This document shows, one piece after another, positions 40,834-54,029 of a stretch of 64,000 bases of DNA. The stretch lies in assembly GCF_006345805.1 (NCBI RefSeq), contig NC_043000.1, forward strand, positions 77,934,001-77,998,000. Reading direction: 5' to 3'. Origin of the DNA: Octopus sinensis (taxonomy: Eukaryota). Numbering within the stretch: the first letter of the stretch is position 1; each line of letters starts with the position of its first letter. The position numbers and the translations under genes are program-made. The notes below the pieces were generated by a model. That model saw nothing but the letters and a program-made list of their open reading frames with translations, was not told the DNA's origin and did not search any database.

Positions 40834-41844
40834 ATGTATGTATGTATGTATGTATGTGTGTGTGTGTGTGTGTATTATACAACAGGGTTATTTCAGTATC
40901 CATCCACCAAGTTCATTTACAAGGCTTTGGTTGGTCTGTGGCCAAATAGAAGACATTAACTGAAAGTGGTTGAGAAGCAAACTTCTTAATCACACACCAT
41001 GCCTGTGCCTATACGAATATAACGAAAGTATTTTGAGACGTTTTTCAGTCAGATCTAAATTATTTCTTGAGAAAGCAATTAATTTCCACACACGACCTTG
41101 TAAAACACAAGAGGTGGATTTTAGTTTTATTCACAAAAGTGAGAACCGTACATTACGGATAAATTTTACCTAAATAAGGAATCGATGTATCACCTGGATC
41201 TCTGGATGGCGGACAGAAATTTCTTTATGAAAATATGCCACTCAATGATTTTCATATCCATATTTATCACCAGGGTGTTGAACGAAATATCAAACTAGAC
41301 ACGAAACTCAGTAATGTAAGATTCTACAAAAGTAGCAACTCAGTCAGTGTCAATAAAACGCCATGGAAGTTTCTTGTAAAGACGCATGCTAAATCAGATT
41401 TATTAAACGTGATTTACATTGGAAAAGAACGTAAAATTAATGAACAGGAAATTATAAATGTAAACTTAGTTACATCTTAATTAAAATTTGGCATGTTAAT
41501 GGTGACGTCGTATGTAGGCATGAAGTCTGTGATATATAAGCAGAAGGAACGGTTCGGAAATATTTAAGTTTCTCAAACGGAACATTTTGCAAAATAATGA
41601 TTTATAATATGAATATCTAAAAGAGATGACAAGGGTGGGGTTGTAGAGATTAAATTCGTTAAATTACTTTTCCTCTTACTGGAATCTGAATTCCTTTTCC
41701 GCCGTCGTTCACTTCATGTTTCTTCTCCCCGAGGTCAAACGAATATGTACCAGTAATAGGCGATTGGGCTCTACTCCATTGTCAGTATTTTCTTAACAAA
41801 AATACCAATGTCTATATCATTCCACAATGTGAAGTAACTAATAT

Positions 41845-42080
41845 ATTTATTCCTTTATTGCCCACAGAGGGCTAAACATAGAGGGGACAAACAAGGACAG
41901 ACAAAGGGATTAAGTTGATTACATCGATCCCAGTGCGTAACTGGTACTTATTTAATCAACTCCGAAAGAATGAAATGCAAAGTCGACCTCAGGGGTATTT
42001 GAACTCAGAACGTAACGGCAGATGAAATACCACTAAGCATTTCGCCCGGAGTGCTAACGATTCTGCCAGCTCGCCGCCCT
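41845..42080 (-). mobile_element. tRNA-derived SINE family D
   Basis: Reverse complement begins aagggcggcgagctggcagaatcgttagc. Confidence 0.85.
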
Positions 42081-43587
42081 TAAATAACTAATATATTGAA
42101 TATATGGGGTGAGAAGTGGTGACTTTGATGCCTTTCCGTATGTTGATATTGTACTATGAATGATAGACTACTAGTAAGATTCAGAAATAGCTCTTAATCT
42201 TAATTTTCTGATTATTTTCAAAGTATAGCATTATACAACTAATTAAAATTCACAATGAAGTAAATCATAATTAGTGCTAATTTATTCAGTAATCTTAATC
42301 AAGTTTCAGCTGCAAATCTAAATTGGATTAGAAAAGCGCCTGTCTGCTATGGTTAACTAAGCTTAACTAAGCTGAGGTTAGCTAGAGACATTAGTTTTTC
42401 ACACTCTCTACACTTCAGTCAACTAAATAATATAGTTCGTACTAAGAATAGAATATAGAATTTGTCAGTTGTTCAGACTCAGCTAAGGTGACCTATGTGC
42501 CTTATAGTTTCTTACATTATCTAAACTGAACTCAGTTATGCAGCCAACAGTTTTTCACACTGACTGGTCGAAGGTCATTTATAGGCCTTCTAGTTTCCCC
42601 TGCTGACTTAATTCCACTTAAGAATATAAAATCTATAGTCGCACTACTAACTCAATAATAGGCCATGTTATTAATGCAACAAATATTTTTAGAAATGTTT
42701 TTCTGAGAAATCTGGCCTAATTAGTGCAGTGAATTAATTCAGTAAATTAAAATGCCGCTATAATGATGAGAAAAAAAAACATAAACATAATGAGTTATGT
42801 TAAATAAATCTGGTCAACACAAATGAGTGACAACTCTATAACTAAACACCAACTTTATCGACGGTGTCATGTCAATGTAAACATTACAAAAACGAAGTGC
42901 CACCAAATTGTATAAATTGAACTTGATTCAAGCTTGCGTCCTCGTTGCAAAGCCGACGAACGGTGTATTCACTGTTTCTATATGCTTCAAACTGACCGAA
43001 GTGACTTCGTATCAGAAGTTTCTCGAGTATATGACATTGATAAGCAGCATTGACGGTGAATTTTTCATCAGTCCCTTTCGCGATAGATTCCGGGACGACT
43101 CGGTTTCGTCTAGCTCTGAAGAATATGTCTTTAAAAGGACCTTTTCAGAAACCCCTGCAGCTTCTGTCAATATATATTCTTTAAGTAAATTTGTGTGTGT
43201 GTGGGTGCGTGTGTGTGTATGTGTGCGTGTAGGGGGGGTGAATTCACATATATTTATATATTGTTTGTTCTTCTTGGTATCTTGCTCCAAATAAACGCTG
43301 ATACCACAGACATTATGATCCAAAGACATTCCAACTATGATCATCTCGTCTTTTTAGACTATCTAGGACTACACTGTGTGCCTTTGACATTTTATGACGG
43401 TGGAATGATTTGAAAGATAAGTAACTACTATTTATAGCAGGTTAAAAAGCCGGTGTCTCGTCAGCCATTAGGTATAATAAAATGAAGTAACAATAGCTGT
43501 TTATATTTACCGTCACCTATTGTTATCTGTGGAAAATAGTTACACCTGGGTGTTATATATGTGTTTGTGTATGCGTGTATGTGTGTA

Positions 43588-43630
<43 letters not shown>

Positions 43631-43649
43631 TGTGTGTATGTGTGTGTGT

Positions 43650-43945
43650 GAAAGCGCATGGCTCAGTGCTTAGGGCGTCGAGCTCATGATCGTGAGGTTG
43701 TTAGTTCGAATCCCGGACCGAGCTGCGTCTTGTCTTCTTGAGCAAGACACTTTATTTCACGTTGCTTCAATTCACTCAGCTGTAGAAATGTGTTGCAATG
43801 TCACAGGTGCCAAGCTGTATCGGCCTTTGCCTTTGCCTTGGATAACACTGGTGGCGTAGAGAGGGGAGGCCGGTATGCATGGGCGGCTGCTGAGGGTAAC
43901 TTTCTAGGTGCAATCCCATGGTCAGTCATGACCGAAGGGGGTCTC
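43650..43945 (+). mobile_element. tRNA-derived SINE (family A)
   Basis: Homologous to 4602-4928. Confidence 0.85.
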
Positions 43946-43965
43946 AGCAGATATATATATATGCA

Positions 43966-44053
<88 letters not shown>

Positions 44054-44087
44054 TATATATATATATAATATATATATATATATATTA

Positions 44088-44142
<55 letters not shown>

Positions 44143-44146
<4 letters not shown>

Positions 44147-44740
44147 AACGTCAGGTAAGGGTCCTTGAACGTTTTCATCAGAGATGTCTCAGACAAATTC
44201 TCAATGTTGGCTGGACCTCAAAAATTCCAGACACACATATCCTGAGGACAGCTGATATCTTGAGTATAGAGGCGATGGTGCACAAGCACCGGTTGCGTTG
44301 GACTGGACACCTTATTAGAATGAATGATAGAAGGATTCCTAAGCAGATGCTCTATGGAGAACTTGTGAATGGAAGGAGAAACCAAGGCTGCAATTTAAGG
44401 ACTGTGTCAAGTCCTCATTAAAGGCCTGTGATATGCAGGACACTGACTGGGAGAACAATGCCTGTCATCGCCACAGATGGAGGAAGCAGGTTAAGGAGGG
44501 GATCGACACTTTTGAGAGAGCACGTATCCAGTATGAAGAATTTAAGCGAGCTGCGCGAAAGCGCACGGCTCGTATAGTGAATGGGGAAAGCTTGGTCTGC
44601 AATGTTTGCAGCTGTGTATGCTTGTCAAGAGCAGGGCTCATTAGCCACCAACGGAGTCGCAAATGCAAAATATAAGTTAGTCCTAGAGCGCACAATGTTC
44701 CTGAAGGTCGGCAACTGTCTTTCTCGGTCACGAGTGGACG

Positions 44741-44747
<7 letters not shown>
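44143..44747 (+). mobile_element. RTE (BovB-like) LINE 3' end
   Basis: [13 protein letters not shown]...RLRWTGHLIRMNDRRIPKQMLYGEL; terminal [16 protein letters not shown] zinc finger. Confidence 0.9.
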
Positions 44748-44801
<54 letters not shown>

Positions 44802-44807
44802 ATATAT

Positions 44808-44854
<47 letters not shown>

Positions 44855-45310
44855 CATACATACATACATACATACATACATACATACTACATACATACAT
44901 ACATACATATATGTATGCACCCGTATATAGAAACCTATATATATATATATATGCATATAAATCTGTATACGTATAAATGCCTATATAAATATGTGTGTGT
45001 GTGTGTGTGCGTATAGGTGAATGGATATGTGTGCTTGCGTATGCGTTTAAATGTATGTGAGCGAATGAAAGAGCGTGTCTCTCTCACTGTGAATGGGCGT
45101 GTGTGTGTGTAAGAGTTCGTGAGTGATTGAATGACTATGTCCATATATATATATTTTATTTATTTATATATATATATTTTATTTTATTTTATTTATATTT
45201 CCTGAGCGCCATACTAATACAATTGTTTGTTTGTATTCCACCTGCCTTCGTCTTTTGTTTATTTCCGTAAACCTGCCTTCGTCTTTTGTCTATTTTCATA
45301 AAGCTTCCCG

Positions 45311-45370
<60 letters not shown>

Positions 45371-45776
45371 GTTTGACTCCCACGCGGGTAGGAAAGCATT
45401 CTTTTTTCCTGTCGAGGGCTTATACATCCTTTTATTAGACTATTTTCTTTAATCATTGCAAAGTGATCGCCTTAACCCTGAAGTTTATATAAAAATACCA
45501 TTATTATTATTTACAGTCAAAAGCGCGCAAAACCATACCGCCTACACTTTAAACAGTCACGTGACCACAATGAATTATATTTTTCGTCTTGCCTTGCAAA
45601 ACCGGAGATTGGTGTTTTAATTTGGCGTCGTACGAGAAATTATCTGAATGCAGTCTTTCGTTCGTAACATATATATATAAATTACTATATAAATAGGGAT
45701 AAGATCGTTATTTAAATAACAATCAAATCAAAGAAGAAAAATCCTTACAGGCTATGAGTACTATTAAAATTATAAA

Positions 45777-46170
45777 TAAGGGTATCTAAGAGATAGCACC
45801 ATGCTTGAAATAGCAGTCAAAACCTGACTCTAAAACCACATCATGTACTTAATACAGTACAAGGTGAAAAAACAAATACAAATAAACTAGTGAAAATTGG
45901 ACCCTGGGCTTACGGCACTGTATAAAAATATTTTGCCTTCGTCAATGAAATATACAGAAAATCGCACATAATATATGGTATATTTCACTGCCGAAAGCAA
46001 AGTATTTTTATACAGAGACAGAAACCCAGGGTTTGGAATTATCCAATTTTCACTAGTTTATTTATCTATTTGTCTTTTTATCCCGTGCTGTATTGAATAC
46101 ATGATGTGGTTTTAGACTCAGGCTTTGACTGCTATTTCAAGCCTGGCGGTATCTCCTAGATCCCCTTATA
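45777..46170. repeat. ~390-bp imperfect palindrome made of two diverged pLTR-like arms, each with an HHR
   Basis: 45777-45955 is the reverse complement of 45978-46170, with substitutions and a 10-nt indel. Confidence 0.85.
45983..46038 (+). ncRNA. Hammerhead motif (decayed; the opposite arm 45901-45950 supplies the missing bases)
   Basis: tttca-CTGcCGA-a-agca...gaca-GAAAC-ccagg-GTT-tggaa; the other arm reads tTGACGA-a-GGCA...TGCC. Confidence 0.65.
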
Positions 46171-46211
46171 TCTATCTATCTATCAATCTCTCTCTCTCTC
46201 TCTCTCTCTCG

Positions 46212-46244
<33 letters not shown>

Positions 46245-46249
<5 letters not shown>

Positions 46250-46730
46250 TGGCTAAAATAAGTTTAAGACCGATGATGACAGTTCTGTTCCTTCATTAAT
46301 TTATTTTTAATAAAACTGTATCAAATTATTTTACTTTTTACTGAAAATGTAGAATTTGTTTCTCTTACGAATGATATAAGCATTATATATATTTCTACAA
46401 TTTGAATTGAATAATTTTAATGCGCAATTGATTCAAACGATTAGAAATTGTCGGCAAAATAAGTTCCCAACATTATTTTGTTTAAATTGAAAATTTACGG
46501 CACAAACAATCAACGAACAAAAATTTGTTATTAGAATCTAGTTCCATAGTCATTATTTTCAATTACGGTCTAACAACGGCGGGGCATGGAGTTCGACAAA
46601 TGAGTACAAAACTCATTTGGAATGTTCTGCCATATTTCTTCAATAAAATTATATAATTGTATAAAATTATATAATTCAATAAAATTGTTTTTTTAGAAAC
46701 ATAATTCCATAAATTTTCTAATTTATTTTG
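46245..46730 (-). mobile_element. Tc1 transposon 3' end remnant
   Basis: WQNIPNEFCTHLSNSMPRRC*TVIENND resembles the Tc1 C-terminus (L..SMPRR); TA-cacactggc terminus. Confidence 0.65.
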
Positions 46731-46744
46731 TTAAAAACAATTTT

Positions 46745-48170
46745 ATTTGCCGTAGACAGTCTTGTGCTAGGCTGTTTTCCCACTTGTGGTGAAACCTACA
46801 AAAAAAATGAAATCTTTTTTACAAAAAAAAAGAAAAATCACCAACCAAAGCCAAATGTTTGAATCATTGACCAAGTACCACGAATTACGGACCAAGTTTC
46901 AATACAACTGTTCTTCTACGGAATTAAGGAGTATACTTACAGTGGAGGAGTTTATTAAAGGAAAAAACTTTGCACAAGCCACGGAGTTAAGAAAAGAGAC
47001 ATGGCGTATGGAAAAGAAGAACTTGTCCAAATTTAAAGAAATGTTACAAAGGGAGGGAGCGAAGTTAAAGTGGCCTCTCCCAGTGAAGTCTCCCTCAAAG
47101 CGCTGTTATTTACAAACATTTATCATAAAATCGAAAAAACTGGACATAGATGAAGTGGAACGCTATCTAAGACCCGTTTGGGATGACATATAGTTTGTAA
47201 CTAGAGGTTTGCAACCATAGAAATATGGTTTCGATCCGAGGAGAAAGTCAAGAAGGTGTCCACCAGTTCGTTAAAAACGACAGAAATCGTATTCCTGCCC
47301 ACATATCTCGGAAGACGTAATTTCAGGATCTGAGTGGGAGATATACCACCAGAGATGGACCCTGCTTTGCTGATAGCGGCAATTACAACAAAATTATGAT
47401 CATGGAGGACAAAATTATGATCATCCAGGTACAATTCATGGATTCTCAGCACTGGCAGGGGCAGAGACTCGAATTACTAATTCAGGTGGTCCCTGAAGAT
47501 TTGGAAAGAATCATTGAAACAATTCAGGTGGGGTAAGTGCGACTGCGTGCGATGGTCGAAGCCTCGATGCTTTAAATGTGACCAAAAGGCCACATAAGAT
47601 CGGAGTGCGAACCTCTCCAGAAAAGGAATCCCCACCTGAAAAAGAACCAGAAAAGGCTAAAGAAGGGAAAGCGAAATATAAGAGTCCGAGACGGAGAGCG
47701 ATAAGGACGTCGAAGGGGTGTGAAAAAAAGAGCTAAAGAAAAAAAAAAGAATCTGTCCCTCCTCAATAGTCCTACAGCAAAAAAAAAGAGAGAAATCACT
47801 ACCAGAACCAGAAAGAAATGCTCAACACAAGTCCGACCCATCCCGCACACATATAGCGGCAATAGCCGCTAGAAATGACAATTTTGTTTTAGAACTTCGT
47901 AATACAGACGATACACACGATTTAACCCAGAAATATGAACATAGGACACCCAATGGAATTCTTATTTTTTCTATGACCAGAGACAATTATAACAAATTTT
48001 AAAATAAATGCAGTTAAGATATGGGACCCTTGAAGTTGGGCTTTTCCTCACAGATGTTAGAGGGCCTCATGGATATGCGCAAGCCTCGGAGGAAGAAGAG
48101 GAAGAGGGGGGTAGATAACTGAATTCTTTCATGGACACTCTTAATGGTGGATATATAAATGTATGCGGCC
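46745..48170 (+). mobile_element. ORF1-only LINE-like element (RRM-like domain plus CCHC knuckle), pseudogenised
   Basis: FVTRG..IEIWFRSEE..IVFLPTYLGRR..VGDIPP; frameshifted CFKCDQKGHIRSEC at ~47568-47608; K-rich tail; no RT seen. Confidence 0.55.
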
Positions 48171-48449
48171 TCAGGTCGACGCGGAAACAAGCCCGTTTCC
48201 TATATGACCTCAGGTCGCTCCGTTTGCGAAAGAGGTCGTGTGGAAGACCCGTGTGAAAGGTATTGTCACATGCACTTTCATCTCCAGCCTTGGTTTGGTG
48301 AGATTCTTATCCCTCCACCTAAAAATGAGGATGAGGGTGGAGGAGTGCCTGTCGCCGTATGTATACAAGAAAAGATGGAAAATTGTAGTAAGAATGGTAG
48401 GAGTGAACATTTCCAATTAAGGATGTCCTGAATGTCTTCCCAAAAGTAG

Positions 48450-49090
48450 CAGTGGCGGACCGGGGCTGGCGGGGCCGAAATCGGACCACGTTCCCCACTT
48501 CATTGTTTTTTTGGACTGTTTCTCATTCGAACTTTTAACAATATTTTTAAGATTGTTATTCGATTGTTCATATTTATATTTTTCATATCGGACCCAATTC
48601 ACTATATCGTCCTTTCTATGTTTAGCTCCCTGTGGGCAATAAAGAATTAATTCTGTACTGGGAGACGAGTAGTTGGTGATGTGAGTTTTGGTGCTGGGAG
48701 CTGAGTGACGGCAGCCGATGTGTGGGTCGATGTGAGGCAGCTGATGTGTAGGTCGATGCAAGGCGGCCGATGTTGGACAATTTCGTATGGAATAATTGAC
48801 AGTATTTGATGACGAGGAAGTTTGGCATCAGGAAATAAGTCGGATCGATGCAACGGTGAGTGTGGGTCGGTTAATGTGAACAGTGATATTTTGCTGCGCG
48901 GAGAATGGTTTTAAGTCGATTCGATGCGACGATGAATGTGAGTCGGTTAATGTGAACAGTGGTATCTTTGCAAGGTGGACGGTTTTGAACTTGCTGCGAA
49001 AATGATGTGAAATTGGCAACCGTGAACGGTACCGTGATTTTGGAAGTAACAACAAAGTCCAGAATCTGCAAAATTATTTGTAACATGTTT
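48450..49090 (+). mobile_element. Possible hAT-type non-autonomous end with internal short repeats
   Basis: Begins cagtggcgga; repeats gtcggttaatgtgaacagtg x2 and gatgtgt.ggtcgatg x2; no partner TIR found. Confidence 0.3.
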
Positions 49091-49149
49091 AACATATTTA
49101 ATTAACATCCACTTTCCACGAGGTACAGGAGACAGAAATGGACATATTT

Positions 49150-50299
49150 AAGCCTTCATCTGGCTTCCGTAATCCAAATATAGCCTCATAGAAATTTACC
49201 GAAACTGTGTAGCTATGTAGTAATCTCTATATTCTTTTTTCTGCCTGTCTTTCTCCATCTCTACTTCTCTCTCTTTCCTCCCTTCCTTTCACTTTCTCTC
49301 TATAACGTCGTTTGATAGCGTCTACTATCTTTCCTTCGCTACCTTCAATATTTTTACGCTTTTTAAACCCTTCGTCGTTATTCTCATTCACTCATTAATA
49401 CTTTCTCTCTCCCCCTCTCTCTCTATCTATATATAGAGAGAAAGATTCTCATGATTGTGTGATGGTGGTGGTTGTGGCGATGATAATTCTCTCTATGAAT
49501 GCAGACAGACGTAGAGAGAGAGAGAGTGACAGCGCTTGCGAAGGCGTGGGAGGAAAGCTAGTAGACGCTATCAAATGACGTTATAGAGAGAAATTGAAAG
49601 GAAGGAAGAAAGTAATAATGAGTGAATGAGAATAACGACGAAGGGTTTAAAAAGCGTAAAAATATTTTCTTTCTCAACTCACTCAAGATCTTTTGTTGGA
49701 GAGAGATAGATAGAGAAAACTAGAGAGTAAGAGAAAGCGAGGGAAAGTCCGGGAGAAATGAAGAGTAAGAGAGTGAGAAAGCGAGACAGAAAGGAGAGAG
49801 AAACAAAGAGGGAGAATGCGGTGATAAAAAAAAACAGAAAGGAAGCAACAGAAAGTAACAACCACAACCTCAGTCGCGCGTAGAGCGGGTCACCTTAAGC
49901 TAGTCTCTATATTATAATTCTAAAATGCGAAAAGTTTGTCTGGTTTTGGCATTGGAACGAGTTAAGGGGCACTAGATGGGGTCGGATTGGCTCCAAAATT
50001 TACAGAGACATGTAAAATGAGGTGAGGATGCGAGTGGGCTAGGTTAGAATTCCCTATGTGTTCCTTGGTGTTTAGGAATTTTCTTTTACATCAAGTTCAA
50101 AATTTTACGCCAGCCGTTAAACTGCCACTACGTTGCTGTCCGTCGTTAAGAAATGCCAGCCATGGTGACTCTACTATCCTCAGATTGTATCCCTTCAAAA
50201 TTTGGATTCCAATATTTTCCTATTTTTATTCAGCTCGCAAGTTCGGCTGTCCCTTTTAAATGTTTAACGGCTGGCGTAAATTTTTGAATTTATATATAA
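49150..50299 (+). mobile_element. Helitron fragments (3' end at 49900-49903 directly followed by a new TC 5' end at 49904)
   Basis: cgcgcgtagagcgggtcaccttaagCTAG|TCtctatattata. Confidence 0.7.
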
Positions 50300-51716
50300 C
50301 TAGCTGAAGGTGACCCGCTCTACGCGCGGGTAAGAGTGTGGGTGTTACTTTCTGTTGCTTCCTTTCAGCACGTAAAAAGCACCATCCGAACGTGGCCGAT
50401 TGCAGCACCGCCTTGACTTGCTTCTGTGCTGGTGGCACGTAAAAAGCACCAACTGATCGTTGCCACTGCGAGCCTCCCTGGCACCAGTGCCGTCGGCACG
50501 AAAAAAGCACTCACTACACTCACAGTGTGGTTGGCGTTAGGAAGGTCATCCACCTGTAGAAACACTGCCAGATCAGACTGGAGCCTGGTGCAGCCTCCTG
50601 GCTTCCGAGACCCGGTCACACTGCCCAACCCGTATTTGTTTCTCTCCGTATTTGTTTCTCTCTCCTTTCTCTCTCACTTTCCCACTCTCTTACTTTTCTT
50701 TTCTCTCTGACTCTCCCTCGCTTTCTCTTACTCTCTATCTTTATCTATCTCTCTCCCATTTATAAACAACAAAAGATCTTGAGTAAGTTGAGAAATAAAA
50801 TATTTAGAAAGATCAATCAGAAATATGAGGCAGTGGAATTGAAAGGTCTGCTTCAAGGCAGACAGCAAAACGCTAACATTCAAAAGGGACAGACGAACTT
50901 GCGAGCTGAATAAAAATAATAAAATATTGGAAACCAAAGTTTGAAAGGATAGAATCTGAGGATAGTAGAGTCACCATGGCTGGCATTTGTTAACGACGGA
51001 CAGCAACGTAGTGACAGTTTAACGGCTGGCGTAAAATTTTGAACTTGATGTAAAAGAAAATTCGTAAACACCAATTTTTGAAGTGATTCTTTCTCACGAC
51101 AGTAGACTCACCATGGCAAGCATTCAAAACTTCTTTATCATGGACGGCAACACATTGACGATTAAAAGGCTGGCGCAAATTTTTTAGCTTGATGCAACAG
51201 AGAATTCCTAAACACCCGCTCTTTGAAATTTTAATCCCCTTCCAGCCCCATTTAGACCCCTTTTCACATTTTGGTTAATATAACCCGATTTCATTCGGGT
51301 GTACTGGGGCCACATTTTATAAGATGAGGAATTTTGTCCTAGAGGTGACGCCTCGTGTTGATTGTTGGTGACAGACATATACTTCAAAGAACGCCGCCGA
51401 AGTGATAGGAAGGTAGGAAACAGAGTCAGTGAAAAAGAAAGGAAATAGCGATAGTGACAGATACTTTAAATAACCGTAGTGGCATTCTAAAAGTTATAAA
51501 TGAAGAGGAGTGACAGAGTACTGGAGGAAATAGGGTGAGGTAGGAAGATGGCCCCTAGAAACCACAGCTTTTAAGATAGGGATTTCTAAGGTAGCCCACG
51601 CGCATCGTCACCTCATTCTACATGTCCCTGTAAATTTTGGAGCGAATCGGACGGGATGTAGTGGCATTGAAAGCGAACCAAGCGGTAAAAACGCATTTCA
51701 GTTTTATATATAGAGA
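50300..51716 (-). mobile_element. Non-autonomous Helitron A
   Basis: A|TCtctatatataaaactg ... acccgcgcgtagagcgggt hairpin ... CTAG|T; no TSD. Confidence 0.85.
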
Positions 51717-51891
51717 TGTGTTTTACTGTCTGCCTGATTTTTATTATTGTTCTTTCTCAACTTACTCAAGATCTTTAAGTTGAGAAATGCACACATAATA
51801 TATATATATATATATATATGTACATATATACGCATTATATATATATATGTGAGTCTGTGTGTGCGTACGCACTATATATACAAATGATATA

Positions 51892-52656
51892 TCTCTATAT
51901 ATAAAACTGAAAAGCGTTTTTACCGCTTGGATAGCTTTCAAGGCCACTACACCCCGTCCGATTGACTCCAAAATTTACAGAGACATGTAAAATGAGGTGA
52001 CGATGCCCGTGGGCTACGTTAGAAATCCCTATCTTAAAAGGTGTCGTTGCTAGGGCCAAAAACCCACTTTGACAAGTCCACTCCAGTTCTTTAATGTATC
52101 TGTCTTCCTCAACTCACTCTCGCTATTTCCTCTCTTCCCAGCACTTTTTCACTCACTCTTTTTCATACATTCCCATTACTTTCACTTCCTCAAACGGCCT
52201 TCTTTTATGTATCTGTCTGCATTCATAGAGAGAATTATCATCGCCACCGCCATTGCATTCTATTGTCTGCCTTTCAACGCGCCGACGGAGCAAATACAAA
52301 CAGACCACACCAACGAGCGTCCGTGTTCTGGTGATAACGTAGGTTTTTCGAATCTATTACATTTTAACATTTATTTAGAACCCTGCAAATTTTTCGTGCT
52401 AAATTTTCATTTTTTACTACTTTATTATTTTTTCTTAAATTGATGCTTTTATTAAAATTAATTCTAATTGTCTGGGTCAACAGTTAATTTCCTCGGAGGA
52501 TATGGAAATTCCTATTACCCGTCAGAGAAATAGCTCCAGCAGCTCACAACTATTTCAACAAAGACAAGGTACCTGCTTACCAGTCGAATTCAGCGTCAAC
52601 GCTCACGTATGAGAGAGACTCCAACACACACACACACCACACACACACACATATAT

Positions 52657-52721
<65 letters not shown>

Positions 52722-53892
52722 GTGTGCATTATGTGGTCGGTTGAGCTGAAAATATGCACACCTATGTTAAAAGTGCTCGCAAGTTTGCATGACAACTATT
52801 TTTTTCCTCAAATTCTAGGACAAAATTCCTCATCTTATAAAATGTGGCCCCAGTAGACCCAAATGAAATCGGGTTATATTAACCAAAATGTGAAAAGGGT
52901 CTAAATGGGGCTGGAAGGGGATTAAAATTTAAAGGAGCGGGTGTTTAGGAATTCTCTTTTACATCAAGCTAAAAAATTTGCGCCAGCCTTTTAATCGTCA
53001 ATGTGTTGCCGTCCATGATGAAGAAGTTTTGAATGCTTGCCATGGTGAGTCTACTGTCGTGAGAAAGAATCACTTCAAAACTTGGTGTTTAGGGATTTTC
53101 TTTTACATCAATTTCAAAATTTTACGCCAGCCGTTAAACTGTCAAAACGTTGCTGTCCGTCGTTAAGAAATGCCAGCCATGGTGACTCTACTATCCTCAG
53201 ATTGTATCCCTTCAAAATTTGGATTCCAATATTTTCCTATTTTTATTCAGCTCGCAAGTTCGTCTGTCCCTTTTAAATGTTAGTGTTTTGCTGTCTGCCT
53301 TGAAGCAGACCTTTCTATTGTTACTGCCTGATATTTATGATTGATCTTTCTAAATATTTTATTTCTCAACTTACTCAAGATCTTTTGTTGTTTATAAATG
53401 GGAGAGAGATAGATAAAGATAGAGAGTAAGAGAAAGCGAGGGAGAGTCCGAGAGAAAGTAAGAGAGTGGGGAAAGTGAGAGAGAAAGGAGAGAGAAACAA
53501 AGAGGGAGAATCATCATCATCATCATCATCGTTTAACGTCCGTTTTCCGTGCTAGCACGGGTTGGACAGTTTGACCGGGGTTTGGGAAGCCAGGAGGCTG
53601 CACCAGGCTCCAGTCTGATCTGGCAGTGTTTCTACAGATGGAGTTCCTTCCTAACGCCAACCACTCTGTGAGCGAAGTGTGTGCTTTTTTCGTGCCACCG
53701 GCACAGGTGCCAGACGAGGCTGGCAGCGGCCACGATCAGTTGGTGCTTTTTACGTGCCACCGACACAGAAGCTAGTCAAGGCGGCGCGGCAATCGGCCAC
53801 GTTCGGATGGTGCTTTTTACGTGCTGAAAGGAAGCAACAGAAAGTAACAACCACACTCTTACCCGCGCGTAGAGCGGGTCACCTTCAGCTAG
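51892..53892 (+). mobile_element. Non-autonomous Helitron B
   Basis: A|TCtctatatataaaactg ... hairpin ... CTAG|T; 52815-53892 is homologous to Helitron A. Confidence 0.8.
53511..53823 (-). mobile_element. SINE/LINE-tail-like repeat with (GAT)n end embedded in Helitron B (also in A at 50367-50632)
   Basis: (cat)n-cgtttaacgtccg...ggtgctttttacgtgccacc repeats. Confidence 0.6.
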
Positions 53893-54029
53893 TATATATA
53901 TATTTATATAAATACAGATACATACACTTTGTATATATACATTATATATACATTATATTACATATTTATATACAGATACAGACACACACACATATATAAA
54001 TTAACCCAATAAATATCTAATTGATAATA

